DNA of 63,107 nt, filler included, from Rhabdomonas costata (Eukaryota), in assembly GCA_019059605.1 (NCBI GenBank). It is 56 parts of 56 records of this genome, joined end to end, with 100 filler letters (N's around TTAATTAATTAA, not from the genome) between each part and the next. Parts side by side here need not be neighbours in the genome. Positions count along the whole stretch, not along the records: positions 47,414 to 48,442 come from JAHMHO010032620.1; positions 48,543 to 49,571 come from JAHMHO010032621.1; positions 49,672 to 50,700 come from JAHMHO010032622.1; positions 50,801 to 51,829 come from JAHMHO010032623.1; positions 51,930 to 52,958 come from JAHMHO010032624.1; positions 53,059 to 54,086 come from JAHMHO010032625.1; positions 54,187 to 55,210 come from JAHMHO010032626.1; positions 55,311 to 56,338 come from JAHMHO010032627.1; 48 more parts are not named here. The stretch is one strand, 5' to 3'. This document shows positions 47,921 to 60,951 of the stretch, one piece after another. Below the pieces are notes generated by a model. It saw nothing but the letters and a program-made list of their open reading frames with translations. It searched no databases and was not told the origin of the DNA. The stretch's first letter is position 1. Each line of letters starts with the position of its first letter. Made by a program: the position numbers and the translations under genes.

Positions 47921-49701
47921 GTTTTTTCGTGTGTTTATTACCTTATGTCAACCTGCATCCATTTGGGGGGCAAAACGTGCATCTGCATTGGGTTCTGATC
48001 GCTTCAGTATTTTGGCCATTGGTTGGGCGACTGGTTGATACTGCCATTCAGCTCCGAGGCCTTGATGGTTGACGTTTCTGTTGTGATTGAGGCCAGAAAA
48101 GATCCGCACGTTGTATAGAGGCACGCGTTTCCTGTCTGTTTTATGGTCTGCGTCTGAATTATCTGTATTGTAATTGGAAGGAGGTAACCAGAAATATGAG
48201 TGCGATCGCCAAGGTCCCTGTTTGAGAACCAAGCCCAAGCAGAGGTTAGCTAATGACTGAAATTTTAGGGTCCTGCAGGGGGGTCATAGTGCGAGACCTG
48301 AGGGCAGGACCATTGCCCAGGCCTCAGGACGTCACCTACAGACACGCCCACCAAAGAGAACCTTCCTTGACACCCAGCACGCGCTATTGTTGTCCGCACC
48401 CCTTTTGGGAAAGGACCACCACCCACCAACCACACCCAACACNNNNNNNNNNNNNNNNNNNNNNNNNNNNNNNNNNNNNNNNNNNNTTAATTAATTAANN
48501 NNNNNNNNNNNNNNNNNNNNNNNNNNNNNNNNNNNNNNNNNNGGTGGGCACCAGCAACAGCCAGCGCGCAATGCGCCCAACACACTCGCTTTCCCTCGTT
48601 CTCCATGGTTGCGGGCGCGACTCGTCTTTCTTTTTGCATTCGGAACCACTCTCTTTCCACTCTGCTCCTTATTAGCCGTTGCATCTTCTTTCATCACCAC
48701 CTCCACATCGTGCTTTCCTTGTGCAGGGATTTACATTACCCCGCGGATTGGTATTATCCCTCCTCGTCCCCGCTCCCTGCACTTGCACTTTCCCTTTACA
48801 AAAACACTCATTGGGCTGCCTGTTACTGGTGCCCCCGCCACCTTCTCCTCTTCGCGTTTGAATCTTTTGCTGCTTCCTCATTCTTTGGTTTTTCCCAGAG
48901 CTGTGGAATGAAGAAACACATAGATTTCGGCACTGATCGAGCATGGAGTCGTGCCTGATACAGCTAACACGCAGTAAATGAACACCCATCCTGGGGTATC
49001 ATGCGAGCTTTCCCTGTTTTCTGAGCTTTCGACCTTTTTGATTTTTTGGGGGCAGCTCTGCTTTGCAGAGCATTGCAAGAAGAAATGAGAGTGGGTTCGA
49101 GCAATGGGAACGGGAATAATTAGGTCCGAAAAAAGGTGTGAAATTGGATGGCAGTCGCAGATGCCCGAACCGAACATCTTTAATTTTGTTCGTAACGAAA
49201 CGAAGAAAGGATCAAATGCAGTGTAGTTCGGGATTAATTATACACGGCCAAGTAGAAATATGTCCGGCTGTCTACCCTTGGCACGCTGATGCTGGTGAGC
49301 CCTTTCCTTCCTTTTTTTTGTTCTGGAACCGGCTATCAACGCCTCTCCCTCACACACACAAAAGAATGCAAAACAACTCAAACATCAACGAACAACGGTT
49401 GGACTAACCATGAGATTTACGACACGAAGCCATCAGCGCAGACGCCACCATGTAGTGTACCTGCGGGTGCGGGGTTTTTTCCGCCTTCCTGTACAAGCAA
49501 ATCTGATGGCACTCTTGCTTTGCCTTTTGCCTTTTTCAATCTCCCTGCAGAACGCGCGAACCCCCCCCACCNNNNNNNNNNNNNNNNNNNNNNNNNNNNN
49601 NNNNNNNNNNNNNNNTTAATTAATTAANNNNNNNNNNNNNNNNNNNNNNNNNNNNNNNNNNNNNNNNNNNNTTTTGGTGGTCCCGGGGGAGGGGGGGTTA
49701 C

Positions 49702-49782
49702 CAGCAGGCCCTGGGCGAGGTCCTCCAAGGCGGCCAGCAGGTGGACATCCTTGGTGAGATGGAACTCCGACGGAGTCGCCAT
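49702..49782 (-). CDS. First coding exon of a protein with a possible RIIa/Dpy-30-like docking helix
   Basis: acaaATG at 49782: MATPSEFHLTKDVHLLAALEDLAQGLL|gtaa, GC3-rich. The domain call is tentative. Confidence 0.5.
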
Positions 49783-49826
49783 TTGTTGGGACAGAGTGTG
49801 GTTGTGGATAGCCTTAGGATGTGTGT

Positions 49827-49855
49827 CTGGAGAATGAAAAAGTCAGAAAAGAGGA
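49827..49855 (-). promoter_or_regulatory. Polypyrimidine tract + AG acceptor 44 nt upstream of an ATG (candidate trans-splice acceptor or 5'UTR intron end)
   Basis: Minus strand reads CCTCTTTTCTGACTTTTTCATTCTCCAG| followed by an A/C-rich UTR and the ATG. Confidence 0.45.
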
Positions 49856-51293
49856 TAGCTCGACAACGGGGTAAGGCCAACAAAAGACGCGAGTGGGGAG
49901 ATCATTGCATGCCTGTCTGGTTTCTAAGGACAAGGAAACCATTCCAGGAGTATATGGTAGATGGTGTAGATGGCATCCACGGGACGGGCTAGAACCGAAC
50001 AGCCTTGTGCACCACTCACCAGATCTGCCGCTGCGGCCCTGGCCTGGGACTTTCGGCTCACAGAGAACAATGGGTAAGGCGATGTTAGTGCATTTTGGAT
50101 GCCCCATCTTTCAAGTGCACCCTGGAGCACCCCCCTCCCACACACACACACACACACGACAGTCATGGGACGGGTAAATAATCATCGCTCCACTTGCCAA
50201 CCCGGGAAAAAGAAACCAAAGCGTTTTCAGAGCACAGTAGTTTTTCTTTCCGAGCTTCCTGAAGTGGCGCCAGAAGGTTCCCTGCGAGGATTTCCAAGCG
50301 AGTCGTCTTGGTCAGAATGTCTGGGATCATCCCGCGCCTCTCCGTGGTCCACCCTTTTGGGTGGGGTGCCCAAGGCCAGGCCTTTGTCCATTCGTGTGCT
50401 GGAGGGAAGGTGATCCATCTCTCGCAACCGCTTCGGAGCAGCCCGAGGTCTCTGGCTGTAGGGATCCGAGTCGGAACGTTCCTCACTCTGTCAAACAAAA
50501 CATGACGAAGAAAATCATTCCTCAGAGCATGTATCTTTCCGAGCTGAATCTGCCTCGGCGACTTTTGACTTCGTAAAGGCAGTTCAGAACCATAGCCCAA
50601 TGTATACCGTATTGAGCACTGCGACGGCAATCAGGAGACATCTCTCAACGAAAAATTCCCAGCAACATGCCTCACAGAACTCCTTCAATACCAACCCCAC
50701 NNNNNNNNNNNNNNNNNNNNNNNNNNNNNNNNNNNNNNNNNNNNTTAATTAATTAANNNNNNNNNNNNNNNNNNNNNNNNNNNNNNNNNNNNNNNNNNNN
50801 GACGTGGGCAGTCATGCAGTGGACCCTGCTGGTGGCGGTGATGGGGCGGTGGACAGAGACGAATCGCCGGGATGGCGTCGTGCTCGCGTTGTCTTCGGAG
50901 TGCTACTAGTTCCTATCTGGGTGCGTGTTTATTTGAGCTCAAGGCTTGGTTCGTCTTTTTAGATCTTTACAAACTGTCGGTCTCCGGTGGAATGCACTTT
51001 GCACGTTTGACAATGACATAGGCGTCTGGATCGCTGCGGGTCGCCGAGGTTCCTTTCGGTTGGTGGGGGTGGGATGAGCCAAGCGCAGTGCTGAAAGCCG
51101 AACATAGTCCTGGTTGCGGCTTACATATCACACGCGCACCCTCTGGTTTTAGACTGTTGTTACACTGCACACTAAAATGAATGTCTTTTTGCACGAGGTG
51201 CCCACTGAAATGAATGGAGACGAAAAGCAAAAAAATTGAAGCTTGGAAAATGCCCTAAATGGCCCGCGGAAGTCTCTTCGAGTAGCTTCAGAC

Positions 51294-51752
51294 GGAAGGA
51301 GTCCGGCCCATTCCTGTGCCAGCATCAAGTACTTCTTGGCTCTTCCCTGCCTGCTCAGGTCCTAAAGTAACCTTGCAATTGAAAGGTTTGAAAACGCCTT
51401 GTTGACCCAGAGCGTATAGGAACAGGATGAATGGGTCAGAAAAACTATAGATGAAGCGCTGCAAAAAGTAAGAAGAAGCACTTACCCGAGTCCCACCTCC
51501 CCCGGGTATCGGAGCATCTGTGGGGCAGGGACTGTTGGAAAACTGCTGGCAAGCTGTTTCTGATTGGATATGGCGAATTAAGAAAACCAGTGAAAAGTTA
51601 GAGAGACAGCAGGGAAAAGGCGCGTCAAATGCCTTCGATGCTGTACTTGCAGGCACTGAAGAAGTTGTCCCCCAAAACAGCAAACAGGTGATCCCCACTG
51701 CTGAGCTTGGAATACCGGGAAGGGATGAAGCAGTCCAGCTGGCGGAACACCT
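51294..51752 (-). CDS. Putative four mini-exons of an unknown protein (51752-51716, 51655-51633, 51531-51486, 51350-51294)
   Basis: Phase-consistent splicing, needing one GC donor, gives EVFRQLDCFIPSRACKYSIEVPAPQMLRYPGEVGLGQGRAKKYLMLAQEWAGLL. Confidence 0.35.
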
Positions 51753-52359
51753 CTACCCACCAGAGCGCACATACAAAACGGCAGCAAGTTGGGAAACCCG
51801 AGGAAAGAGGACCGATGAACAACCAAAAANNNNNNNNNNNNNNNNNNNNNNNNNNNNNNNNNNNNNNNNNNNNTTAATTAATTAANNNNNNNNNNNNNNN
51901 NNNNNNNNNNNNNNNNNNNNNNNNNNNNNGTTGTTGGGGCATGATGTGTGGTTTTGTTGCTGTTGTGTAGTGATTGGTTGTGTTGAGTTGTGGCTAATAG
52001 TGGTTGTGTATGGTTAGGTTCCTTGTGTGGAGTTGTTTCATTTTTGGGTTGGTCTTGGTTGTGTGCTGCGTGACATTGTGCCTTGGAGTGTTGTGTGGTG
52101 AGATGGTTGGAGTCTTGGATTGGATGATGGTGTACGGTTGTTTTGGAGGTTGTTTTGGAGTTGGATGCAAAGTGGAGTTGGATGTGGAGTGGTGGGTCTG
52201 TATGTGTTCATGGTGGTGATGGTTCTGACTCTGGTAATAGTTCTGATTCTGGTGGTGTGGATGCTTGTGTGTGTGAATTTGTTGTTGGGTGATTTAGGTC
52301 ACTAGTGATGTCCAAAATGACAAGCCGTGTCACTCGGGATTAATTTATAACAACAAAAC

Positions 52360-52700
52360 TTCATGCGGCTATTCCACTACTTTCGCACCACATAACACTC
52401 TCTAGTTCCGTGCTCAGCAACTTATCAACAATATACCACAGTTTCCTGAGTAGTAAGGAGACGTCCCAAAATTTAACGCCTGTGTTGAAACCAGTTAATT
52501 TACCGAACCAACACGAACCACATGACGACTCTGGTACCACTGTGATGATATGCAACGTAGCGCGTAACTGAACCACTGATGTTCATGCGTTAGTAGTTGC
52601 TGGATATGAACTAGGTGTGACACACAAACCACGCTTATGTAGGTAATGTATGTACGTCATCTTAGCCTCCAGTGCTGGACATAAACAACTTCAGAGGTAT
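52360..52700 (-). mobile_element. Possible very decayed Gypsy integrase tail/chromodomain relic
   Basis: WYIVDKLLST...YVVR resembles the chromodomain pattern YxVExIL...YLVKW, preceded by a VQLR-like motif. Heavily degenerate. Confidence 0.25.
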
Positions 52701-53722
52701 TTGGTACTATTGTTTGGTAGGTGACTACTTTAGATCTGCAGTGAGCCTGCTAAACACACCGTATGTGGAGTAAATCCACTCAATCAACACTATGTTAGTA
52801 ATTGGTGTGTATTGACTACAAATGATGCAACGTCACTCACACCACTCAAACGAAATCATGCCCTCGATGGCACTGGTTGAGGTGGCATTTCAACATGTGA
52901 TGGTGCTACACATAGGTAGTAATGTATACATAGAAGTACAATATAGTACCACCAACCCNNNNNNNNNNNNNNNNNNNNNNNNNNNNNNNNNNNNNNNNNN
53001 NNTTAATTAATTAANNNNNNNNNNNNNNNNNNNNNNNNNNNNNNNNNNNNNNNNNNNNAATCGTTTTTTTTGCCCCTTTGTAAAAACAAAATAACGTGTC
53101 ATCTTTCCTATGCCCTGAGTCATTGGACACCAAAACATATGGATAACACAGAGGACGGCGAAATACAAAAAAGCAAGCATAGCCGGAAGGGCACGTTTAG
53201 CATGCACAGAAGCCACATCTACAGACAAGGAAAAACGCAATGGGGCAGGGTAGGGGATGCGAGTACATACGCAGCTAATCCGAAGCCAAGGGAGTCTCGA
53301 ACCGCAAAGACGAAGGAAGTGACGCACAGCACCACCGCCGAAAGCAGAAGCAGCCCCATGCCGAACTCTAAATTGGAAGTCAGGGAACAAGAACGCAAAC
53401 ACCGTGCAGAAACAAGGCCACACCAGAAAAAGCCAACAAGGCCACACCAACAACACCGTCGCTCATGCTCGCGTGTTTCCCTGATTCACTTGACCAAAGG
53501 AAGAATGGCACCAGGTGTCACAGTAACCTACAAGGGATAAAACCAGAGACGACCACTTTCCGACATCGGCTTTGAGATTCTCGCAAAAACAGCCCCGCTA
53601 AACATGAAAATAAGGACTGTCTGAGAATTAGAAAAAAGGGAAGCAATGAACTTGCTCAACGTACAGGCAGCTCTGGCGGGCAGGATCACCCAAAAACGAA
53701 AACGAGCCTCGGATTAGAAAGC

Positions 53723-54086
53723 CATCCGAAGTTTTCGCTGCGTCCAACTCGTAGGGGAGAGTGCAGAGTATCGCATGCCGCCCGTATATCGCTCCTTTAA
53801 ATGAAGCGGCATGCATTACCAACTCATCAGGTTTGTAGTTGTACAAGGCGAACAGATGCGCACAGAATATGAGTCCATTCCGACAATCAAGAATACTTTT
53901 TACAAAAGCAGTGCACGGGAAAAGCAAAGGTGCCTGGCTTGATTCCGCGCTTCCGGGCCTCAATGTTGCGCTCCAGAGCCCTCACCAGGTCCGAGACGGT
54001 GACAATAGAGGCCACGTCCACCCCAGACTTTCTGCAGTATTGAGTGATGGTAGTGTCCACTGTCATGACGTGGTTCACCAACCACC
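53723..54086 (-). CDS. Putative exons (>54086-53934, 53794-53723) of an unknown protein
   Basis: VNHVMTVDTTITQYCRKSGVDVASIVTVSDLVRALERNIEARKRGIKP|GAIYGRHAILCTLPYELDAAKTSD. Requires GC donors. Confidence 0.35.
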
Positions 54087-56927
54087 NNNNNNNNNNNNNN
54101 NNNNNNNNNNNNNNNNNNNNNNNNNNNNNNTTAATTAATTAANNNNNNNNNNNNNNNNNNNNNNNNNNNNNNNNNNNNNNNNNNNNTTTGTGATATGCTT
54201 TTGCAGTTTTCCCCTCACAGTATCGATTATTGCAAGCAGGCGTAGTCTGGGGTTGGGGATGTTTGGTGGTTATGAGGAAATGTGTCCATCGTCCCAGATC
54301 CGTCCACCTGTTACTGTTACTGTCCTTCCTCGGAAGATGCAGGGACCACTCACTCGCGAAAACCCACCACAACATGGGATGACTGGCCTCGTTGTTCTCC
54401 GAAATCGAGAACTTAGTCCGTAACGTTTCTTGCGTTTCTTTTTTTGGCCTGCGTTTATGCCACTGGGCGTTGCGAGCACATGGTGTCTTTTCATGAATAC
54501 ACAGAGTTTTGTAAACTCTCGATTTACGGAGTAGCTATGGTTACAGCCGATTTTTTTTGACATGGAGTTCGACTCTCACTCCTGTCCAATGACTCGCAGA
54601 GACCTTGGTAGTGACGATGCACCTCTCCGGCGCCGGCATCCTCCCACACGCTCTTTCGCATAGTTCGGCGCGGGCTTGTGTGCGCTTGAAGCACAAACAG
54701 AGTATGAGCCCAGCAAGCCACCGGCACAGTATTCATTGCAGAAACGGCGCCCCAAAAAACACAACCGCAGTAAAGGTATTCAGTGTCCTGTGCTCGCTTT
54801 GTTGGAAAATGACAATCACGGACAGACGGCGTGGAGCTGAGTTCGCGCCGAGTTGAAGTTTTTTTGTTTGCATGCCTCGTTTTCAGACCCCGCCACTTTC
54901 AGCTTCGCCCCGCGATGCGGTAGCATCCAACGCTGAAATATTCTCAGTGGCGTCGCCGGCCGCAGAGGGGCGGCAGCAGCAGCAACTTGCTCCCGGGGTG
55001 GATATTGTCACCCAGCCACCCGCTCCAGTTAGCAATGGGCAGCCGCCAGCGGTGGGGTGCCCGCCGGGAGCGGAACAGCTGTGGGTGTTTACTCGTCCGC
55101 ACTTTCGGATGTGCCTTCACCCTCGCGCGGCACACGACCTGATCTCCGACGCGATGAGGGTCTGTCACATGTACTGAGGGGGGAGTGCGCGAAAACATGT
55201 CACCAAAAAANNNNNNNNNNNNNNNNNNNNNNNNNNNNNNNNNNNNNNNNNNNNTTAATTAATTAANNNNNNNNNNNNNNNNNNNNNNNNNNNNNNNNNN
55301 NNNNNNNNNNGGTTGGGGGGTCGCACACAACGAGAGCGCAATTGACTTTGGGTCCGGGGGGAAGAGGGATGGCAACCCAGCGGCCCACGTGGATGTGCCT
55401 ATAATGAGGTTCTAAATCTTGCACATCGAGATGGAGTTTTTGGGGATTTCTCTACTGTATGGATACTGGACAACTACTGAATATGGTCAGGTCTCCCGTG
55501 CAGGCCGAGAGAAAGAAAGAGTCCTGGGGGAAGCACGCTTCGGGAGGGACCGGGGACGTTCATCCCCCCGTGAAACGCAAGTGTATATTCAGTCGAGCTG
55601 CGGCTACGGTACACAACGACCTCGAGGAGCGTATATGGGGTATTGTTTCATTTGAGGACGAAACGCACGGGCATCATCCCAGCCGCAAAAGGAAAGGAAA
55701 AGGCAAAAGGGCAAAGCGACCCGCTGAAGCGGCAGTCGGCAGACGGCGGCAAGGAGAGCCGTTCACAGTAGAAATACGGCACACGCGAGCAGGTGAGTAG
55801 AAACGGTATGTGTGTTTGTGTGTTTGAGGGTCGATGCTCGAGCCCCGCAAAGTGCAGAGAGGTGCCCTTGACTATCCTCCGCAAAGCACAAAGAGAACCA
55901 GAGCAAGACGGACACGGGTGTGCGGCAGCGCTCCAGCACCCCGAAGCGAAGAAGCGCCGCAGCAGAAGAGCAATACAACGACGTTTATGGGATTCACAGT
56001 GAATCAAGAAACGAAGGCATCAATGATTGGCAAATCATGAATGGATTTGGGGGACGCGCGTCACCCGGCTTCTTTGGGCGCCCAGAACATGACGACAGGG
56101 CTCAGTCTGTTAAAAACGAACGCCCAGATACGGAGGCACGTCGGAGGTTCGTCACAAGGTACCAAAACAGCGAAGAGAAATCGCGTGACATACATATGTT
56201 TCAGACCTACACACATCGGTCAGTAGGGGTTTCCAGCATGGCTCTGCCCGGGCTCTGGGTTAGGCCCCAGGGCCCAGGTGGGAAGTCACCCGCGAATAAG
56301 GTGAAAATTGTGAGTCGAAGTTCCCCCCCCCCCAAACCNNNNNNNNNNNNNNNNNNNNNNNNNNNNNNNNNNNNNNNNNNNNTTAATTAATTAANNNNNN
56401 NNNNNNNNNNNNNNNNNNNNNNNNNNNNNNNNNNNNNNGCAGGGTCCACACCAATGGGATCGACGGTTGCTGGGGCCGCCTCAAGACCTGGATCAACTCT
56501 CGCGGAGGGATCAAAGATCACCTCTTGTGGGACAATATGAAGGAGTTTCAGTGGAGATACAATCTGTTGGACGCTGTTTGGAATGGTCATTTTCCTTTTT
56601 GAATCTTCTTCCTGTGGTGGGTCCAATAATCCAGTTATGCCGCCTAAAGATACTGCAAACGTTTCGCTAGATGTTTATTGACGCATTATTTCAAGCAAAT
56701 GGGGTTAATGCCCCGCAGACACCCCGACTTTGCCGCACACTGTGCTGGGCAGAATCGCTGCTGATATCGGTTGCTTCCCTGACTGTGCAAACTCAGGTCA
56801 GACACACATTCGCTCCCTTGTTCACATTTTTACAGGACTCAACGGCTGCGCTAAAAAAATGTCCCTCTCTCACTTTTCTCTGCTTCTCCTTTTGCTGGCC
56901 TCCCCTTTCACCGTTTTCCTGGGGGAG

Positions 56928-57098
56928 ACCTCCACGGTGCTCTCGGCGCTCTTCTTCTACCATGACCTCGGCGTGGCGTTGTGCACCTCGGGCTTCTGCA
57001 CGGTAATGGAGATGCAGTACTATCACCCTACGTGTCTGGACCAGTTCTGCGTCAACTCGCTGCAGAGAAACCAGGAGCTGTTCCGGGCGGTGTTCCAG
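56928..57098 (+). CDS. Putative exon of an unknown protein
   Basis: GC3-rich stretch after a pyrimidine tract: TSTVLSALFFYHDLGVALCTSGFCTVMEMQYYHPTCLDQFCVNSLQRNQELFRAVFQ|gt. Confidence 0.5.
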
Positions 57099-57977
57099 GT
57101 TTCCTCCAGTTGTTATTGATCACCGCTTTTGCTGTACCGAAGATTTGCTCGCCATATGTGCTGTCTTTGTGTGCATCGGCTTTCCCGCTTTTTCCGCGTG
57201 GGCGTGAGTCACCGCTGCCCTTCTTGTCGTGCTGTCTGCGTTCGGGCCCGCGCCTTGGCGCCCCAGGCGATTAGACTGCCCAAACTTTTGTGACAGTGTT
57301 TGTGTTTTGATAAGTAACATAGATTCTCTCCGTGTGAATAGTACTATTTTTGTACAACCTGAGTTTCTTGCTGCAGCAGTGCTGATGTGCTTTTTGCGGC
57401 GCTGGACATTGGATAACTGCGATTATGTTTTCCAGGTTTCCGTTACCCAGATCTGCGCTGCTCACACNNNNNNNNNNNNNNNNNNNNNNNNNNNNNNNNN
57501 NNNNNNNNNNNTTAATTAATTAANNNNNNNNNNNNNNNNNNNNNNNNNNNNNNNNNNNNNNNNNNNNGGTTTTTGGGAAATTGAATGGCACCCAGAATCA
57601 ACTTCGCTCGTGGATGAATGAAATTTCTTATTTGCGGCGTGCTTCCGGAAACTGGTGGAGCCCCGTTGCGTTGTATTTGAGAGGGAGGCATGAGAAAAGT
57701 GATTACTGATGGGCAAGGGTACAACACTGAAGAGAGGTGATGGATCCGCCACCACGGCATTAGCCCACTGCGCACTTTCCTCAAACATTTCCTCAAAACT
57801 TCTGCGGATTAGGTAACGAAGTTGATCTTAAGTGATGGGTGATTTTATTGCGCTCAAGTTAGCAAAAGACCATCATTGTATTGGACAGGAAAATAGGAAC
57901 GGCCAACCAGTGTTCTTGAGTCTACAATGAGGCCTCGTGCGCCTGATTCGCGTTCCGATGACTTGCTGTTGTTCCAG

Positions 57978-58128
57978 AGGCCATACGGTCAGCCGTGCTC
58001 ACCCACGCACAGGTGGCGCAGTACCTCGTGGAAGACCTTCAGATGGACACCTCGGATGGCGTCCTAGACAAGCGGGAGCAGTCTCCACTGCACTACAGCT
58101 GCCGCGTTGGGAACACCGAGACTACCCT
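57978..58128 (+). CDS. Exon of an ankyrin-repeat protein (absent from the ORF track)
   Basis: ttccag|...|gt exon: AIRSAVLTHAQVAQYLVEDLQMDTSDGVLDKREQSPLHYSCRVGNTETT contains VAQYLV and the ankyrin D-x4-SPLHYxCxxGN consensus. Confidence 0.8.
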
Positions 58129-59547
58129 GTAGTATGCAGCCTCAGATACGCTTTGACGCTCCCTCGCACTTGGCCACCCACGCTCACACTCGATAGCAGA
58201 AGCTCTCCACCCCGTGGCTTCATTTTCTGTGGTTGAAGACTGTCCTTATTCTCGGTTTAGCGGACGGGCGATGCCAATCAGGGAAAAGAGTATGGTTATA
58301 TCTCGGTTTTCTTTTCCCTCCCCTTCCGCTTTGACGCACCCCTCTGTGCTACGCAAAACATCTCTGCACTTTTCTTTCAAGTGTAACTTATTGGCTGCCT
58401 TCAACTTGGTAAAACCTTTTTTGTCGTACTCCTTCACACAATCTGTCTTTTGGATAAGGGTTTGCCTGTTGTGCCACTTGCGGAAACCTACCTTGTCAAA
58501 TCGTGTGCTCCCAATATTCAGTTCCTGGGACTTTCCCTCTGTTTTGCTGTTGTTGAGGAGAGGTCGCACACCTGCTTACCACCACCACCCACAACNNNNN
58601 NNNNNNNNNNNNNNNNNNNNNNNNNNNNNNNNNNNNNNNTTAATTAATTAANNNNNNNNNNNNNNNNNNNNNNNNNNNNNNNNNNNNNNNNNNNNGGTTT
58701 GACTGAGCTTTCAATGGTGGGTTCTGAAGAAAAGAGCCACTACGTTACCCTCTCATTAGGATTGATGAGGAATCACATCATCATTTAAGCGGCAATCAGG
58801 AAGTGATGCTTGCCACACTGTATTTGCTGCAATCGGGAAGAACTTTTGTGTCGGAGTTTTTGCCAACATACAGTATCATCAGCTGTGCCGGGGTTTTTGA
58901 CTGACTCTGAGGCAAATTTAGTTTGAAGTGTTAGGTAACTTCTTGAAACGTTTAATTATTCTTGAGGCTTTCTTGAAAATTTCAATTAACAATATTAATC
59001 TATCTTCTTTAGTCGGTCTCAATACCAGATGTCGGGGTAGACAATTGGTACAACATATTTTGACTTAAAAAATCAACCTATTTGCTTGTGGACGCACATC
59101 ATGTTTATTATAGAACAGAAAATTACCGGACAGTACCGGAAAGTAACAGAGACCTAACTTTGGCCTCAAAACGATCAAGAATGATGGGTGGAGCTCATAT
59201 TTTACACGGAACTGATTTAGTATGAGTTTTCCTTTGGACTTCTTGTATGCGACGATTTATGGCACATTAAAACTACAATTGCTGACATTTTAAGGTTGTT
59301 TTTGACAATTCTAAATTTCGAAGACATGAGATGCAAGTATAATAATCCAATATATATATACAATGTGCACCCACTCTACCCAAGTATACAAAATGCACCC
59401 CCTGTTCAGCATTCTTTTAGTTGTCTTTTGTTTCTGTGTTTGTTTGATGAGGAATCCGAAAGGTGCTCGCAAAGGGACTGAAAGGAAGCAAAAGCAACTC
59501 TTCCCGTTCGTGTCAAGCAAGAATGGAAGGAAGGCAGTCAAGTCACC

Positions 59548-59717
59548 ATGCACGCTTCCCAGGATTCCAATAGAAGATTTGCAGGGGGTTAGAGGGCGAT
59601 GCACGCTTCCCAGGATTCCAATAGAAGATTTGCAGGGGGTTAGAGGGCGATGCACGCTTCCCAGCGGTACACCTGCGGGGGTGTCCGGGGGGAAGCGTGC
59701 ATCGCCCTCTAACCCCC
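59548..59717. repeat. 51-bp tandem repeat (2.3 units) plus a terminal inverted copy; member of a G-rich family also at 60555-60670 and 61205-61270
   Basis: The unit ATGCACGCTTCCCAGGATTCCAATAGAAGATTTGCAGGGGGTTAGAGGGCG starts at 59548, 59599 and 59650. 59690-59717 is the reverse complement of 59635-59662. Confidence 0.9.
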
Positions 59718-59823
59718 CACAAANNNNNNNNNNNNNNNNNNNNNNNNNNNNNNNNNNNNNNNNNNNNTTAATTAATTAANNNNNNNNNNNNNNNNNNNNN
59801 NNNNNNNNNNNNNNNNNNNNNNN

Positions 59824-59916
59824 GGGGGGGTGGCGTTCTGGGCCAACCGGGCCCAGTGGCTGCCCAGCTGGGCTATGGACACCGACCAGAGGGACCTGAT
59901 TGTCGACTGGGTCAAG
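59824..59916 (+). CDS. Putative exon of an unknown protein
   Basis: GC3-rich frame VAFWANRAQWLPSWAMDTDQRDLIVDWVK ending at AAG|gcatga. Confidence 0.35.
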
Positions 59917-60951
59917 GCATGAGCCTTCTCAGATTGGAATTTCTCAAACTGCGCTCTCCTCTTCTTTTGGTCGCGCCCAGAACGTGCCACCGCCGTGTTT
60001 CCGAGCTCGACAGATTCCGATAAGGGCACAATAGACCCAGGCGGGCGGTGTGGCCCCTGTCGGGTTTTTTCCGTCCTCACACTTGCTCCTTCCCTCATTT
60101 GCTGGTGTGCTTGGGAATGTGGTCCTTGGGAATGTAGTCCGGCCCGGCTGCTTGGTTACATCTCGCCCTTTTTTATGAGCTGAGCTATTCGAACACACCA
60201 GGGCACGCCCTTTGTTCTTTAGGTCACACTGTGTGTGTGTGTGTGCGCGCGCGCGCGCGCGTGCGCGAACGGAGGACACCTATACTACCAACACTAATTC
60301 CATAGAGAGTTTGAATTTGGCGGGGAACTGAAGCCTTCCCTGTGCATTCTGCACCCTCAGATGTTGTGCCCATCCTCTTGCCCGTTCATAGTATGTCCTG
60401 ATTCTGCTGTGTGGTCAGTCCGTCACGGACCCTCACTAGGTTCGGCTCTATCCCCACGAGTTCCATTCAGGCGCTGGGGCATTATGGGACCCCTATCACG
60501 TGCACTGTGGGGACCATACAGTATGCACGTCTCGTCCACCTACTATGATATCACAGAAGACCTCGCAGGGGTTAGGGCGCGATGCACGTGTCCCCCTGGC
60601 CTAGGGCCTAGGGATTGAAGGTCTCCTAGCGGGTCAGGTGGCGATGCAGGCATACGCATGTGGGGGGGGGGGGTTGCGAAGCCTGCCCCTTCCCCCCGCT
60701 GACCCCGTGCAACGTCCTCAATGCTTCAGTAACTTAGTAACTTAGGTCCGGGTAAACAGGAGGGGTCCCTTCAATTCACTTGATAGGGGGGGTCCTATAA
60801 TGCCCGTGCGCCTAAATTCACACACGTGAAGACGACCGTACCCCACCCCCCNNNNNNNNNNNNNNNNNNNNNNNNNNNNNNNNNNNNNNNNNNNNTTAAT
60901 TAATTAANNNNNNNNNNNNNNNNNNNNNNNNNNNNNNNNNNNNNNNNNNNN

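Noticed and set aside
56830..56927. Euglenid-type non-conventional intron (CAGGA...TCCTG end pairing)
   Set aside because: A conventional GT...AG reading fits equally well. No non-canonical intron can be shown without cDNA.
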